Shown piece by piece: positions 37,903-51,256 of a stretch of 64,000 bases of DNA. The position numbers and the translations under genes are program-made. Every line of letters begins with the position of its first letter. Positions within the stretch are counted from its first letter, which is position 1. The DNA lies in NCBI GenBank assembly GCA_030704615.1, contig CM060732.1, forward strand, positions 34,906,001 through 34,970,000. Direction: 5' to 3'. The DNA comes from Takakia lepidozioides. Taxonomy: Eukaryota; Plantae; Bryophyta. The notes beneath the pieces are model-generated. The model worked only from the letters and a program-made list of their open reading frames with translations, had not been told where the DNA came from and searched no databases.

Positions 37903-39951
37903 CAGAGAGTTCAAATGCCTCTCCACCATGACCTTGCTTAGCTAGCCATGCCTTGCTGATGTTGTTGTCTTGCACTTGAGCTGTTTTTGGATACTGGCTG
38001 GAACATCCACAAGGCGGCTCTGCTCGAGAGAGAAATCAGCTTGAATGCAGGGGCAGATTTTGAGATCACAATCGCCACTCATAACGTTGTTCTTTGCACC
38101 GGCATGGCATGTCAGCATGCATATCAGCCCAAACTCATTACTCCGTGAGCCTTCCACTGCCGGAGTGTGCCCATTCAAGCTAGATCTTCGAAACGCAAGG
38201 ATGGAACGGGGTTTTGAAACCAGCATTGCCTAACTGGATACCCAATTCAGCTCCGCATCTTGGTCCATTAATCTGCTGCACATTGTGAAGTTTTTTGCCC
38301 GTTCACCGCAAGTTGAAGAAGGAGTATTCTTAAAACACGGGTACTCATAATCTGAAAATGGCTCCAGCTTATGTTGCTTGAGTGCGAATATGAGTGTGGT
38401 TGGCTTGGCAGCTTTACATCTGGTCCATCCCACTCGATATGATGAGCAGGTTCAGCTTGACTTCTCTCACACAAAAGACGCTGCCAAGATGGGGTTTGCT
38501 GCCCTAGATGACTTCCCGTCGTTGTTCTGGGCTGCAACATATAATTAATCTGGCCCATGGCGAGGGGCCTTGCCTTCCACCAATCATCTGTAAGTCCTGT
38601 GAAACTGTTTTTGTGGCAGTTTGTAAGCAGTGGGCAGCGATGGTGGGCTGTTGTAGGATTTGATGAACTCAATGTCGTGTACTAACAGCAACCCCTCATC
38701 TCTTATGCAAGCATTCAACAAGCCAAGTTGACTGCAGAGCATATTCAGCCCCCCACGTTTCTAGTTGCCTAATGTTCTTCATCTCCTGGGCAGAGCATTT
38801 TCCAGGGTCTCCATCTGTGATTGCACACTATCTTCTCATGTGGTTCAGCTTCTGGTCTTGCTCTTGTTTGCACCACCCCAATGAAGGGCAGTTCCCACCT
38901 GCTTGATTCTCTCCATATGGTTGTCTTGGGCCTTGGCAGGGTTTCCCACAACCGCCTTTCCTTTTGAGACTGCCAGTCATCAGCCTCGTTCTCCAATGCT
39001 TCACTTTCTTCCCAAGTGAAGTGCTCTCCTCTTTTATGCTTCAACGTCCCTCACTACAAGAGATGAACGTTTTTAGGACTACGGATTTGGCGGAGTCATA
39101 AAAACGGCACTAGGTGTACGACTACAGAGCGTTGAACTGCGTTGCAGTCATAGTTTTACCACTTTGTAGTAATGGATATCACTACATGACTCCGGAAAGT
39201 TAGGGAGCATTGGTCAAACATTGTTGACCATGATGACAGGGATGGTTTTATGACTAGTGTGATATCTTTGACTACACGTGGACGACGTTTCATGGAATCT
39301 TGTGACTCCATGACTGAAGATGGTTTTACAGCTCTATTTATTCGACTACATCCCTACACGTGTCATTTTGAAAGTACATACATGAATGTATTCATCCATT
39401 TGATAAGTTTATCCATCGATGACATGGCATGTAAACTTATGAGTCCCTTACTGCAAATTGTTTCATAACTCTATATATATTACTGCATCATTACACGTGT
39501 CATTTAAAAGGCACATACATTAATGAATTCATCCAATGGATGGGTTCATCCCTCCGCCTATACGGTGTGTCGATTTGATATCTGTTCAATAAATTGGACC
39601 TGGATGGACGTGGCTTAACAAGCATTGCAAGATATATGAGATTAAAATACGCAATGGTCATGGTTGTACAAGGCTAGATCATGTGATGGAAATTATTTTG
39701 AATCGTTAGATTTTACAGGATCTAACGGTCTAGATTATTTAAGATCTAACGGTTTAAGATTACACCGCTGAACTTTACATCGGGCTGGGACTTAGGCTTT
39801 TTTGTCTCCTGCGTTTCACCATCTATTTGATGTTGTGTCATGTATGCAAGGGCGTGGGATGGAGGCTTTGCAGACCTTCCTACTCTTGAGAAAATGATGC
39901 AGGAAGGAGAAGAGGAGGAGGAGAGGAGACGATGCTACCCCTGCCAACCAG

Positions 39952-39952
<1 letters not shown>

Positions 39953-39990
<38 letters not shown>
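39953..39990 (+). repeat. (GA)n microsatellite
   Basis: Uninterrupted AG dinucleotide run. Confidence 0.95.
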
Positions 39991-39991
<1 letters not shown>

Positions 39992-41019
39992 GCTCATGCG
40001 AAGGGTCCTGCTTCAAACCGCCAGCAGCAGCGCAGGCTGTAGGATTTCGAGGATGAGCAGCCATGGCAGCGCGTACAATGCGTATTGTACGCGGGACATC
40101 CTCCGTATGTGGCTACGCTCACAAGCGTCCCCGAGGAGCTCAGCTTGGTCATAGCAGGTCGTGTTTCAATCTCTGCCTGCTCAGTTGCACCGTGGTGGTT
40201 CGATCTCACATACCAATCTGACATTACCTGACTACAGATACAAGCAGCACACACAAGAGGTCCTTTTGGGTTGATGGTCGGTCAAATCCTCCATGGGTCA
40301 TGACACAAGGTAAAGGACAATGTGGTGAGGATACCTTCTTCTTCGACCTATTTCAGCCTGTTTTGCCCTCTCATCAGACTCGGCCCTGAGATGCATATTG
40401 AATTTTGTAAGTTAGCTCGGTGGGTGGATCTGTGGTTGTTTAGAGTGACTTTGACAAGTTGCTGCCGATGTGGCAACATGAAAGTATCCAAAAACAGGTA
40501 ACAGAGATGAGGAGAAGCTTTGGAATGAACACTTTTCCGACCCCAGTCAAATGGCGGGACAATGGAGACAAAAAGGTAAGTGCATGTTGGACTACACTAG
40601 AGAGAAGTAGATGCAATTTAGAATTAGAACTACTGTAATAATTAGGGTTGGGGTTTGCTGGAAGAACTTCACGCCGTCAGTGTCAGCTGCTAGCAGAAAG
40701 TATTCATGATTTGTACACAGATAGGGATAGCTGAAGGACAAGGGATAGAGGTCCAGGTTCATCCAAGAGGGCCGGATTTCAAACACAATATTAGTTATGA
40801 TTCCCTGTGGATCAATAGCTACAAGAAATCTGCTAACGAGAAAATGGTCTGCTAATAAAGGCACCTTTTTCAACACATTTCACCCTGTTTTTCCCTCTTA
40901 TCATAATCGGATAGTTTGGAGTGACTTTGACATGATACTGCCAATGTGACAACATGAAAGTATCCAAAAGAGGTAACAGAGATGAGGAGAAGCTGTGGAA
41001 TGAATACTTTCCCCTAGTT

Positions 41020-41435
41020 CTGGACATATATGCCAATGTCAAGGGAGTGTTCAACACTATGGCTAAACGAGATGTGGTATCGTGGAGTGCGATGCTTGCA
41101 GGGTATGCACAGCAGGATGGAGGCTTTGGATACCTATGAGCAAATGATGGGGAAAGGGGTGAAGCTCGACCACATCATTTTAGTGTGTGTTTGCAGTGCG
41201 TGTGCAAGCCTGACAGCCCGGGAAAAGGGCAAAGAGGTGCATGGTTGCATCACCAAAGTTGGAATTGTACCATGTGTGATTTTGAACAATACCTCGTGGA
41301 CATGTATGCCAAATGTGGGAGCATTGAGGATGCGGAGAGAGCCTTCAACACTATGGTTGAACAAGATGTGGTGTCGTGGAACGCGATGCTTGCACGATAT
41401 GCACAGCAAGGGCGTGGGATGGAGGTTTTGGAGAC
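41020..41435 (+). pseudogene. captured PPR gene fragment
   Basis: AKRDVVSWSAMLAGYAQQ, GVKLDHIILVCVCSACASL, LVDMYAKCGSIEDAERAFNTMVEQDVVSWNAML. Confidence 0.88.
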
Positions 41436-44400
41436 AGGAAAGTATCGAAAAACAGTTAACAGAGACGAGGAGAAGCTCTGGAATGAATATGTTTCCGACC
41501 CCAGTCAATGGTGGAACAATCCAGGCAAAAAGGTGAATTCATGTTGGAAGTAGATGCAAGTCAGCATAGGAACTAGTGTGATAAGTAGGGTTGGGGTGTT
41601 TGTTGGAATACTTATAGGCTGTCATTGTCAGCTGCTAGCAGCAAGGCAATGATGTATGCATGATTTGTGCATAGGCGAGGATATCTAAAGGAGCAGGGAT
41701 AGAGTGTAGGTCCAGATTCATCCAAGAGGGCCGGATTTCAATCTCCAGATTACCTATGATTCACTGTGGAAGGATAGCTACAAGAAACCTGCATGGGTAG
41801 ATGATCAATTGGTTGGTTTTGAGCTGAAGAGCACGACCCCTGCAGGGATGTCTCTCCATCTGTAGATCCTTTAGGAAGTGAAAGGCTAGGGCCCAGCTTT
41901 CTTATGACAGTGTTAGCTGATTTTCAGTTCTTCTCCTCAGCTCGGTGCCTTTCTGTTTCCAAGTTATGGCAGTAGTCTCTGGCTGCAGTCTCTTTTCCTG
42001 CTAGACTCTTTAGCTCTATGCAGACCCCTTTCTTTACTTGCTTTCCTTCTTACTACTCTTTCTTGTCTTGGTACGCAAAGCTGTGTCTTCCTCTTTCAGC
42101 CTCTATGGCACTCTATCCAGAGGTTATTTTTTCCTCTTTGTATCCAAGGACATTTTATGTCCATTACCTATAAAGTTCTGGAGGCCACTATCCCCCCACT
42201 GTCCCTCTTTGATAACAAAAATAAATAATAAATAAATAAAAGACAACAATGGCTTCCATTCTATGAACCTAGAAACCTAGTGAGAATTTAAATCAATTAA
42301 TAATCTAAATATTATAATTGTCTGATTTAATTTATTAAATTAAAATATTATTAAAAAACCTCTTTAGTCATGAAGTTATATACTCATGACTACATCATGG
42401 CATCATGGCATTATATGATATGATATTCTTTCCCACGTGTAGGTCATATATGTTGTCCATGTGGACACGTGTCACATCTGGAGTGCTACATGTGTCTCTC
42501 TGACGCCTCTCCAATGGAGTCATATACTTTGTAGACATGTAGTCATATAGTTAATCATATATAAATCATATAGTTGTGACTACATCGCTCTCTGCAGCTT
42601 GACATCAGGTGCCACGCACGCAGTCACGGCTATGACTTGCAAAACGCAGTCCTAAAGACTAGTCGCTATGACAGGGCTTTTTTCACTGCAGAGTGATGTA
42701 GTCATGAACGCATATAGGACTGAAAAAATAGTCATATGTGCAGTCATAAAAACGTTCATCTATTGTAGTGCATGCAGGTGTCTTTTCCTTCATCTCCCGT
42801 GGTGCTTTCGAATGAATGAGCACTAATTTGCATCTGTTGGTAACACTTACGGTATCCCTTTCCTTGCATGCCACTGCAGGCCCGTCATTGACTTTCTTGG
42901 CAGGGAAGTCTCCTCCTTCTCCCTCATTTTCTGGCTCTGTTGGTGCCCCACTCACCATGCTATCAGGGCTGCACTTATTTCGTGGTGTTGCGCCAGCCAA
43001 GGGTGATCTTTCACTGGTCCGATTGTTGGCAGCAGCTGATTGGAGTCTTCTTGGCAGAGTCTCCCACGAGCTCCCATCAATTTCAGGCATCAGGTTTTCT
43101 ACCCTGCCCTTCCACTTTTCATAAGTGAGGTGCCTGTCTTCCTCCCTTTCACTCTTCAGCCTCTCAGGCAGATTTTTCTTCATGCGATTGCTGCTCCCAT
43201 ACTTCCAGTCCTTGTTTAATTTTCTCCAGCCATCACCCTCAGATTTGACAAGGTATTGCTGCCCTTCTTTGTGTCTTCCTCACTCCCAGCTGCTGGTTTT
43301 ATCCCAGATTCACCTCTCATCCTTGCCTGGGGTTTTGCTTGCCAAACAGCCCTTGTGTGGGGAACTTCAACGAAAGGCAACATCTCATTCTCAGCTCCTG
43401 TCTTTGTACCTCTTTGCAGCAGTCCAGCCTCGGGTGCCTCACTTTCTGATTGCTGGGTTGCATTCTTCGACCGCCAACCTTTGACAGGAAAGTGTGCTCC
43501 ATCTTCCTCATCTTCTACTGGTTCCCTTGATGTTTCACCTCGTATGTCTTCCTCCTCATGTTTTAGCAGCAGCTCCCATGCTTGAATTGCTACTTTTCCT
43601 CATAGTTGATCTTGTGCTTTCCTTTTCCTCCATAGCTTAATCAACAGTTTTGTCTTGGCAGCTCCCTTGCCATGAGTGCCTTGTCTCACTGCATCTCCAT
43701 TGGCTGCCCACCATCCGTGGAGTCTTTCTTGCACTATTCTGACCCTCGTTGGCATGCACTTTGCTGCGATGCCCCCACATGTATTTGTTGCTCCCTTTAA
43801 TCATCAACATAGTGCATTCAAGCCAGTTCCTCATTGTTGACCAGTTGACCTTCTCAGCCCTTGGACCCCATTTTCCCTTCTCCCATGTTGCCTCATCTTT
43901 CTAATTCATCATTTGCTTTACTTGCACGATGTTGCTTCTTCCCTACAGCTCATCATGTGTTGTGGCTCTTTCCCATGTTGCACTCACTCCCATCATACGT
44001 TGTGCAGTTGATAAGACTGAGATGAGTTGATGCAGGATAGGGGGAGGGCTTGCTGGTGTATGTTGTCCGATAGGCCCCATGCACAGAGTCAAAGCTGGAA
44101 GTCAGCCTTGCAAGGACCCAAGTGAGAGAAGTCTGGTGGGGGTAGCATCTTGGGGGATGGCAGTTAGGGCAATGTGTGTCTAGGGCAATATATGTCATAG
44201 CAGCGGGTGATGTACTGCCAATTTTGAGGATAGAGACAGCCTGTAAGCTGTAGATTTGTATCAGTGGTTTCTTCTGACACATATTGCTCCCAGTTTGCCA
44301 CAACCAGTTGTTTGCGTTTGTAGTGCATGTGCGAGCCTGCTGGGGAAGGGCAAAGAGGTCCATGGTTGCATCGTCAAAGCTGGAATTGTGGCAGATGTCA

Positions 44401-47139
44401 TTCTGAACAATACCCTTGTGGACAGGGAGTGTTCAACAATATGGCTGAGCGAAGGATAGAGTGTAATGACTGCTAATGAAGGCACCTTCTTCAATTTCAC
44501 CTTGTTTTCCCCTCTTATCAGAATCGCCCCTAATTATTCATGTCTGAATTCTGCAAGTTAGCTGGTTGAGTGAAGCATTGATAGTTTGGAGTGACTTTGA
44601 CATGGTTCTGCCGATGTGACAACAGGAAAGTATCATAAACAGGTAACACAGACGAGGAGAAGTTGTGGAATGAATATTTTTCTGACCCCAGTCAATGGTG
44701 GGACAATCGAGGCAAGAAGGTGAATATTTGTTGGATTATAGAGAGTAGCAGATGCAATTGAGTGTAGGAACTAGTGTGATAAGTTGAGTTGGGTGCTTCC
44801 TAGAACAAGTCTAGGTTGTCATCGTCAACTGCTAGCAACAAGGCAAGGTTGTATGCATGATTCGTGCGAGGCATGGATAGCTGAAGGAGCAAGGATAGAG
44901 TGTGGGTGCAGATTCACCCAAGAGGGCCAGACTTTAAGCTCCAGATTAACTATGAAGCTACAAGAAACCTGCATGGGTAGATGGTCAACTGGCAGCAACG
45001 GCACAATTGATAAAATCAGACATTGTTAATGAAGACATCTTCTTCAGCACATTTCACCCTGTTTTTCTCTCTTATCAGAATCGGCCCAAAATTTCCATGT
45101 TGAATTCTGCAAGTTAGCCGGTTGAGTGAATCTAGTTTGGAGTGACTTTGACATGATACTGCTATGTGACAACGTGAAAGTATCAAAAAACAAGTAACAG
45201 ACATGAGGAGAAGCTGTGGAATGAATACTTTTCTGCCCCCAGTCAATGATGGGACAACCGAGGCAAAAAGGTGAATGCCTGCTACATTCCAGAGAGTAGC
45301 AGACGCAATTGAGCATAGGAACTAGTGTGATAAGCTGAGTTGGGTGTTTCCTAGAACAAATGTAGGTTGTCATTGTCAGCTACTAGCAGCAAGGCAAGGA
45401 TGAATGCATGATTTGTGCAGGGGCATGGATAGCTGAAGGAGCAGGGATGAGTGTGGTCCAGATTCATCCTAGAGGGCCAAATTTCAAGCACAAGATTTAC
45501 CTATGATTCCCTGTGGATCATTAACTACAAGAAACCTCCATAGGTAGATGGTCTATTCCATGGAACTCACTGAAGTCTTGCATTATGAGGATCAGAACTG
45601 CTTGACAGCTTACTTGCACGAGGCCTTGACCCTTAGGCAATCCGCAGAGCAGCAGTAGCTTTTGGGCTGCTTTTTTACTTTGTGTTTTTCATTTTGTCCC
45701 ATAAGCACTTTGAGCTTTCCGCAGATGTAATAAAGTACCATTTTGTTTCATTTCATTCATTTTCATTTCATTTTGTTTCATGGCATGTCTTTCATTGTTT
45801 GTGCATTTCTAATGCATGATTAGTTCTCTTGTATGGCATTACTAGTCGACTCACTACAAACACCAAAACTCCAAAGCATGAATCACTATGAATGATTGTT
45901 CAAGTAATTTTGAGCACTTCATGTAAAGTAGTAAAGCACTGGTTGCACCAACTTCCGCAGTCGCAATTGCCACTGGGCATGTAGCACTGCAAGTTATGTG
46001 GTCTATTACCACGTGGCGCCCCGGGCCCGTGGCCACGTGGCAGCAGTGGTGCTCGTCGTGGCGCCGCCACGTCGTCGTCCACATCGTTGTCCACGTCCGC
46101 GTCCATGTGTCAACGCGCTTCGGTGAGTCAGTCCACTCATCCAGAGGGAAAAGTCAAAATCAGCCCAAAAGGTCAGACACACGGGCGGCCCGCCTGGTTA
46201 CGCCACGTGGTTCTTCAGCATTAATCGCATTAATCGCTGAGCAGTTGTTCGCGCGTCTGCGTCATTTACCACTCCAATCATTGGATGTCCAACCCAACTA
46301 CCACGTCTGTTGTAACTAGTCGTTTGTAACTTTCAGTCGATCCCAGTTTTTTTACTTTTACGACTCAAAATGAGTCGTTACCCCAGTGGTAAATGACACG
46401 AATGCTTCTAGTGGGGGTGATATCCAAAAGGTGCCCATACCAGGCTCCCGAACGGGTGATGTGCTTGCCAAGGTACATTTCACCTGTCTTGGTGGCCGGG
46501 GGTGTGCTCAACTGAGCATCCGGCTCAGCAACAACCTCCCGAATAGAAGAGCTGGCTGAGCGGCCCCTGGCGCATCCAAGATGTGGACAAGAGGGGGGGT
46601 ACTGGCCTCAGGGGGCAGACGAGCCCTCCAGCTGCGGCTGTCGACGGGGCTGGTTAGCCATGAGACGCCCTGGCGCGTCACACGTGGCGGCAGAGCAAAC
46701 GGATTGTCCTCCCCTTTCTTTGGGGCAGGGGACTTCTTCTCTTTCCCCATAAGTTGGCACCTGTCATGCAAACCCACAAGTTGGCATCATTATGAACATT
46801 CCAGATCAAAAACAAAAAAAAACCAAGCATGTCAGGGGCTGACAGCAGCAAGTGCTCGGGGTCTCGAGAAGGGGCAACAAAGAGAAAAGAAAAAGGTGGG
46901 GGGAGTGACTGAGCACCACCACCAGCTGCTGAGCACCACGGGCTCAGTCACTCCCCCCCCTCCCCCCCCCATTTTTTTTTTTTTGGTTTCCTGATCTCTC
47001 CCTCTCTCTGTCCCTCTCTGTCCCTCTGTCCCTCTATCCCTCTCCCTCTCTCTCTCTCTCTCTCTCCCTCCCTTTTTTTTTTGTTGTTCACAAAAGTAAA
47101 CAAACCACAAGGGAGAGAGGGTGCAGAAAAAGTTAAAAG

Positions 47140-47855
47140 ATTGTACTCATAAGACGTTGTTTGCCGTAGCCTTGTGACCATTGACCCCGCCCAGTTTGAG
47201 CGGAAACAAAAGGGACAGAACCTGCCTCTGTCAGGGGCTGACGTTGGTAGTAAGACTTACCTTCATATATAGAATTAATCTGGGTTTTCCAGATATCCTC
47301 TAGAAATCCCTTCACACAAGCATCAAACTGCTGTGTGTGATTTGCCCAATAACTAGGCCTCAGGAGGGCCTGGGCTTTTGGCTCAGCCTTGAGACTTTCA
47401 AAGTTGGTAAACAGAGGTACAGGCACAATTCCCTTGATAGATTTGAAGAGAGCGTCTCTTTGGTGAGAGAATCCCGGATAGTGTATCAGAAAATGAGTAC
47501 TGTCTTCAGATTGCCCACACAACGGGCAATTGCACTCTCCCTTTCCTCTCTGCTTCTGTTTGCTATTCAAAGGTAGGCTTCCTGCCCTGAGTTTAAATTT
47601 CAGTCTATTGCCGAGAGTGGGTAGACCCTTGAGGTCATCCAAGATGTCCTCCCCCATGTCACTGACTGGAAACAAGTTCAGGGAAGTTTTCTGCCTAACT
47701 TCATTTTCATCAGACAATCTCATGGCAACAGACATGGCTTTGGACACTACAACCTCTAAGTCAGATTTATCAACCCATATTGCAGATCTGTACTCCAAGG
47801 CAGGTCTAATAATGCGACAAAGCATGGTTTTCTTAACCTCAGAGTTGACCCCTCT
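47140..47855 (-). mobile_element. 5'-truncated RTE/RTEX-like LINE copy with TSD and internal deletion
   Basis: High identity to 2080-3046; TSD tgcagaaaaagttaaaaga on both sides; jump IWVD|KSDLE at a gataa microhomology. Confidence 0.9.
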
Positions 47856-50536
47856 GCAGAAAAAGTTAAAAAGAGAGAGGGAAGATATTCATGTCATGTC
47901 AAGACATGGACAAGACCAACTAGGGTCATTTGTCAATTAAAGACATAAACAACCCATGACAGGGCACCATCTAACATTTCCAGTCTTGTCATAACACACC
48001 AAGTGACGCCACCCATTCAGTCATGATAAAACAGGGTGGGAGGGCGGGGTATGTTCATAATCAGATTCTTGTCATGTACCCAAGTGACCCTCTTGCACAA
48101 TATAAGTCAGATTGCAGCCTCAGATTATATCATCCATAGTTATCCATAAGATATGCACCATGCAAGATATCATGGGCATATAAGAACTTCTTGCCACATT
48201 ACAGATCCAAGATATGTATACACAAGTACCTTGAGGTGATCCAAGACAAGCATTATGCAAGGTAGGTAAGAACAGTCTGGCCTACAACACATTCAGTGAG
48301 TGTTCACTCCGGCAGCAGGAAGGACCTGCCTGCAATTAATTACACTTTTGGCCTGCCACCAAGTACACTTCTTGGGCATGGTAAGCCATATTGCCGCTTC
48401 ACATTTGGCCAAATGTAAGCACCCCAAAGCATGCATCGTGCAAGGCCTTCTGGGTATATAAGAACAGTCTGTCATTGTATATATTCAGGACCTGTACACA
48501 TAGGACTCTTGCTAGCCCAGCCTGCAGTAAATCAGACTTCAAACATGCAACCAAGTGATCACTTTGGGCATGACAAGACTGACTGCGACTTCATTCTACA
48601 TCATGTACACTTGCCCCAAGATATACATTATGTAAGGCGTTTTGGCATGGAAGAAAGGCCTGCCCTGTCATAGCATCCAGATCTGGACACACATACACTT
48701 TGAGTGCCCAAGGCTAAGCCCACTTGGCCAAGATAAATCATACAATGCAGGTGGCTGTTCATATGGCAAAATAAAGAAAATAATCATTGACCAGAGTCCT
48801 TTAGAGCTTACTATCACTATTTCACATGAGGCTAATGCCATGTTTTGCAAATAGAACCTCACTATGCTCCATTCCACAACAAATCCAGGTCTGAAAACGG
48901 CCTGTCACTGCCTTATCAGGCTGTCTTTTTTAACAAAACTCAGGTCTCCTCATCCTTAGAGCCAAACAACCACTTATGACTTGTCCCTTACACCGTCAAT
49001 CCTCTTTTAAGGCCAAAAAAAAGGGAAACCTAGTCTAAAAATCCACAAGCAAAGCTGTCAAAGATTCAAGACAAGGTAGGATTCACATGCAGTGCTGCAT
49101 GAGACAAGGCTGCCAGGCCAAAGTGCTCCATCAGCAGCAGCAAAAGAATAAGTCAAAAGCAAACATCATCATGTCAAACCAGGGGCAAGCGGGCCGAAAT
49201 CGAGGCTGCAGGCAGCAGCAGTATGTTCTTTTTGCACACATCCTTATCTGCAAGCTCAAGAGAATTCAAAGTAGGTAGGGATCCTCACCTGGTCCCATTA
49301 CAAGCCCCCACAAAAACCAATGGGTTAGTGAGGATTGTGGAACCCCAGGTGAATCAGACCCCTACACTTGTTATCGATGTCAACTAAGAACCCCAAAAAC
49401 AAGAGAGAAAGATATGAAGTAAAAGGAACCCTAATGCCAAAAGCACCTTGAGCGATTAGGGAAGGTAATATTGCGCCATCGCCACCAACACGCCACCTCC
49501 AGCATAGCTAAGGAGAAGCGAAGCATGCAAATGCTAGGTCTAAGAAGGGATAGGGAGCGATATACTTCCCCACCAAAGCGCCGTTGCGAAACATAAAAGC
49601 CAAAGGAAGGAAAGGGACGATGCCATCACAGCGGGTTCTCCCGCCTGTGAGAAGAGACAAGATGCCGCCATTACGCATCCCCAGGAGCTCGTCCGGCATG
49701 AAGCAACAGGCAGGGTAGCAGCAGAGCTCAGACGCCATAACTCGCGAGCTCAACAGCACGAGGAATGCAGCTGACAGCGGGAGAGACACCCTAGGGAAGA
49801 GCCCGATTTTTCATCCGGGGGATGAAGAATCAATATCCTTTCTCTTAAAAACCCGACGGGTATCATCCGTTAGCTAGGTTTAAACAGTAGATTATAGGGT
49901 AGGAGTTAGGGTTTCACTCCTTAATTAGCAATAATTAAGGGTAATTAAAAAAATCTCCATGGCCGTCATAAGTTGCTTTTTTCATCCGGTCCAGATGAAA
50001 AAATAAATAGGTTCATTTATTTGGATGAGGTCCATCAGCAGGAGGAAAAAGTAGTATACATCATCCAGGGCAGCGGTTTTTCATCCTAACAGGTAATTCG
50101 TCATCCCTTAAGAGAAAGCCTCATCCAGTACGGAAAAAAAACATAAAGGGGGAATAAAACGAATTCAAATCCTGGTATTTTTCATCCGGCATGGATGGAA
50201 AAATTATAGATAGGATGCCAGTGTCATAACCGCTATGGAGGTAATTCCTCATTCTCTGGTGACTTATCTGATATAGATGAAAGTCAATAAAAGATGAATG
50301 AAAAATTATAGGTCCTTTTTAAAGGTACTTTAGTGTCCACCCAGGTATGGATAGAAAACCTTTACAAGTCGGGTGAAAACACCTTTTAGAGTCCATCTGG
50401 TATAGATAGAAGATCATGAAAAGAACACTGATGCAACCGGCCAGTTCCGAGGAGGGAGACAGAGGGAGAGAGGGGGCAACAATGAAAAAAAATGGGTTGG
50501 GGGGGGGGAGGTCAGATGGTGGGGTCAGCTGCAGCA

Positions 50537-51256
50537 TATGTCCAACACCAGATATCCTAAGTTAATCGACTCTATATCTTGGAAACAGGACCGCCCACCT
50601 ACCTGTCAAACAGGCTAAGTCTTGGCAGAAGACACTAGAAGAGATTCTCAAGGACCTGGACCTGGAGCCACAAGTCTTCACCCTGCTGGATAAATCTGAC
50701 TTAGAGGCTGTAGTGTCCAACCATGTCTGTTGCCATGAGATTCTCTGATGAAAATGAAGTTAGGCAGAAAACTTCCCTGAACTTGTTTCCAGTCAGTGAC
50801 ATGGGGGAGGACATCTTGGATGACCTCAAGGGTCTACCCACTCTCGGCAGTAGACTGAAATTTAAACTCATGGCAGGAAGCCTACCTTTGAACAGCAAAC
50901 AGAAGCAGAGAGGAAAGGGAGAGTGCAATTGCCCGTTGTGTGGGCAATCTGAAGACAATTTTCATTTTCTGATACACTGTCCGGGGTTCTCTCACCAAAG
51001 AGACGCTCTCTTCAAATCTATCAAGGGAATTGTGCATGTACCTCTGTTTACTAACTTTGAAAAAGTCGAGGCTGAGCCAAAAGCCCAGCCCCTTCTGAGG
51101 CCTAGTTTTTGGGCATCTCACACACAACAGATTGATGCTTGTGTGAAGGGATTTGTACATGATATCTGGAAAACCCGGATTAATTCTATATGTGAAGGTA
51201 AGTCTTACTACCAACGTCAGCCCCTGACAGAGGTAGGATCTGTCCCTTTTGTTTCC
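50537..51256 (+). mobile_element. RTE/RTEX-like LINE fragment (lacks the extreme 3' end)
   Basis: Matches 2326-3032 (CNCPLCGQSEDNFHFLIHC etc.). Confidence 0.88.

Larger units (their letters stand above)
39052..42770. mobile_element. non-autonomous (Pack-)CACTA element C nested inside B
   Basis: TIRs CACTACAA(G/T)AGATGAACGTTTTTA.GACT; flanks cct/cat (TSD with one mismatch); PPR cargo at ~41020-41435. Confidence 0.88.
36251..46413. mobile_element. non-autonomous (Pack-)CACTA element B (10.2 kb including nested inserts)
   Basis: TIRs CACTAGAAGCATT(T/C)GTGTC(T/A)TTT, TSD GGG; cargo of multiple PPR fragments and repeated gene fragments. Confidence 0.9.
35001..46770 (-). pseudogene. CACTA TnpA-like (Ptta/En/Spm-type) gene, split by CACTA element B and truncated at the 3' end
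   Basis: VPPVEVNRHGDPCGAFWEAMKKPAFELALRWFP and MVGRNLKDRRYRARQII...PPYGITQ are homologous to 63408-63841; segments lie at 35001-36250 and 46414-46770. Confidence 0.6.

Noticed and set aside
36660-44460. PPR ORFs as functional RNA-editing factor genes
   Set aside because: Short, frameshifted and scrambled fragments inside CACTA elements.
47950-49270. Degenerate L1-like LINE (HIHFECP)
   Set aside because: Only one weak motif; too decayed to call.
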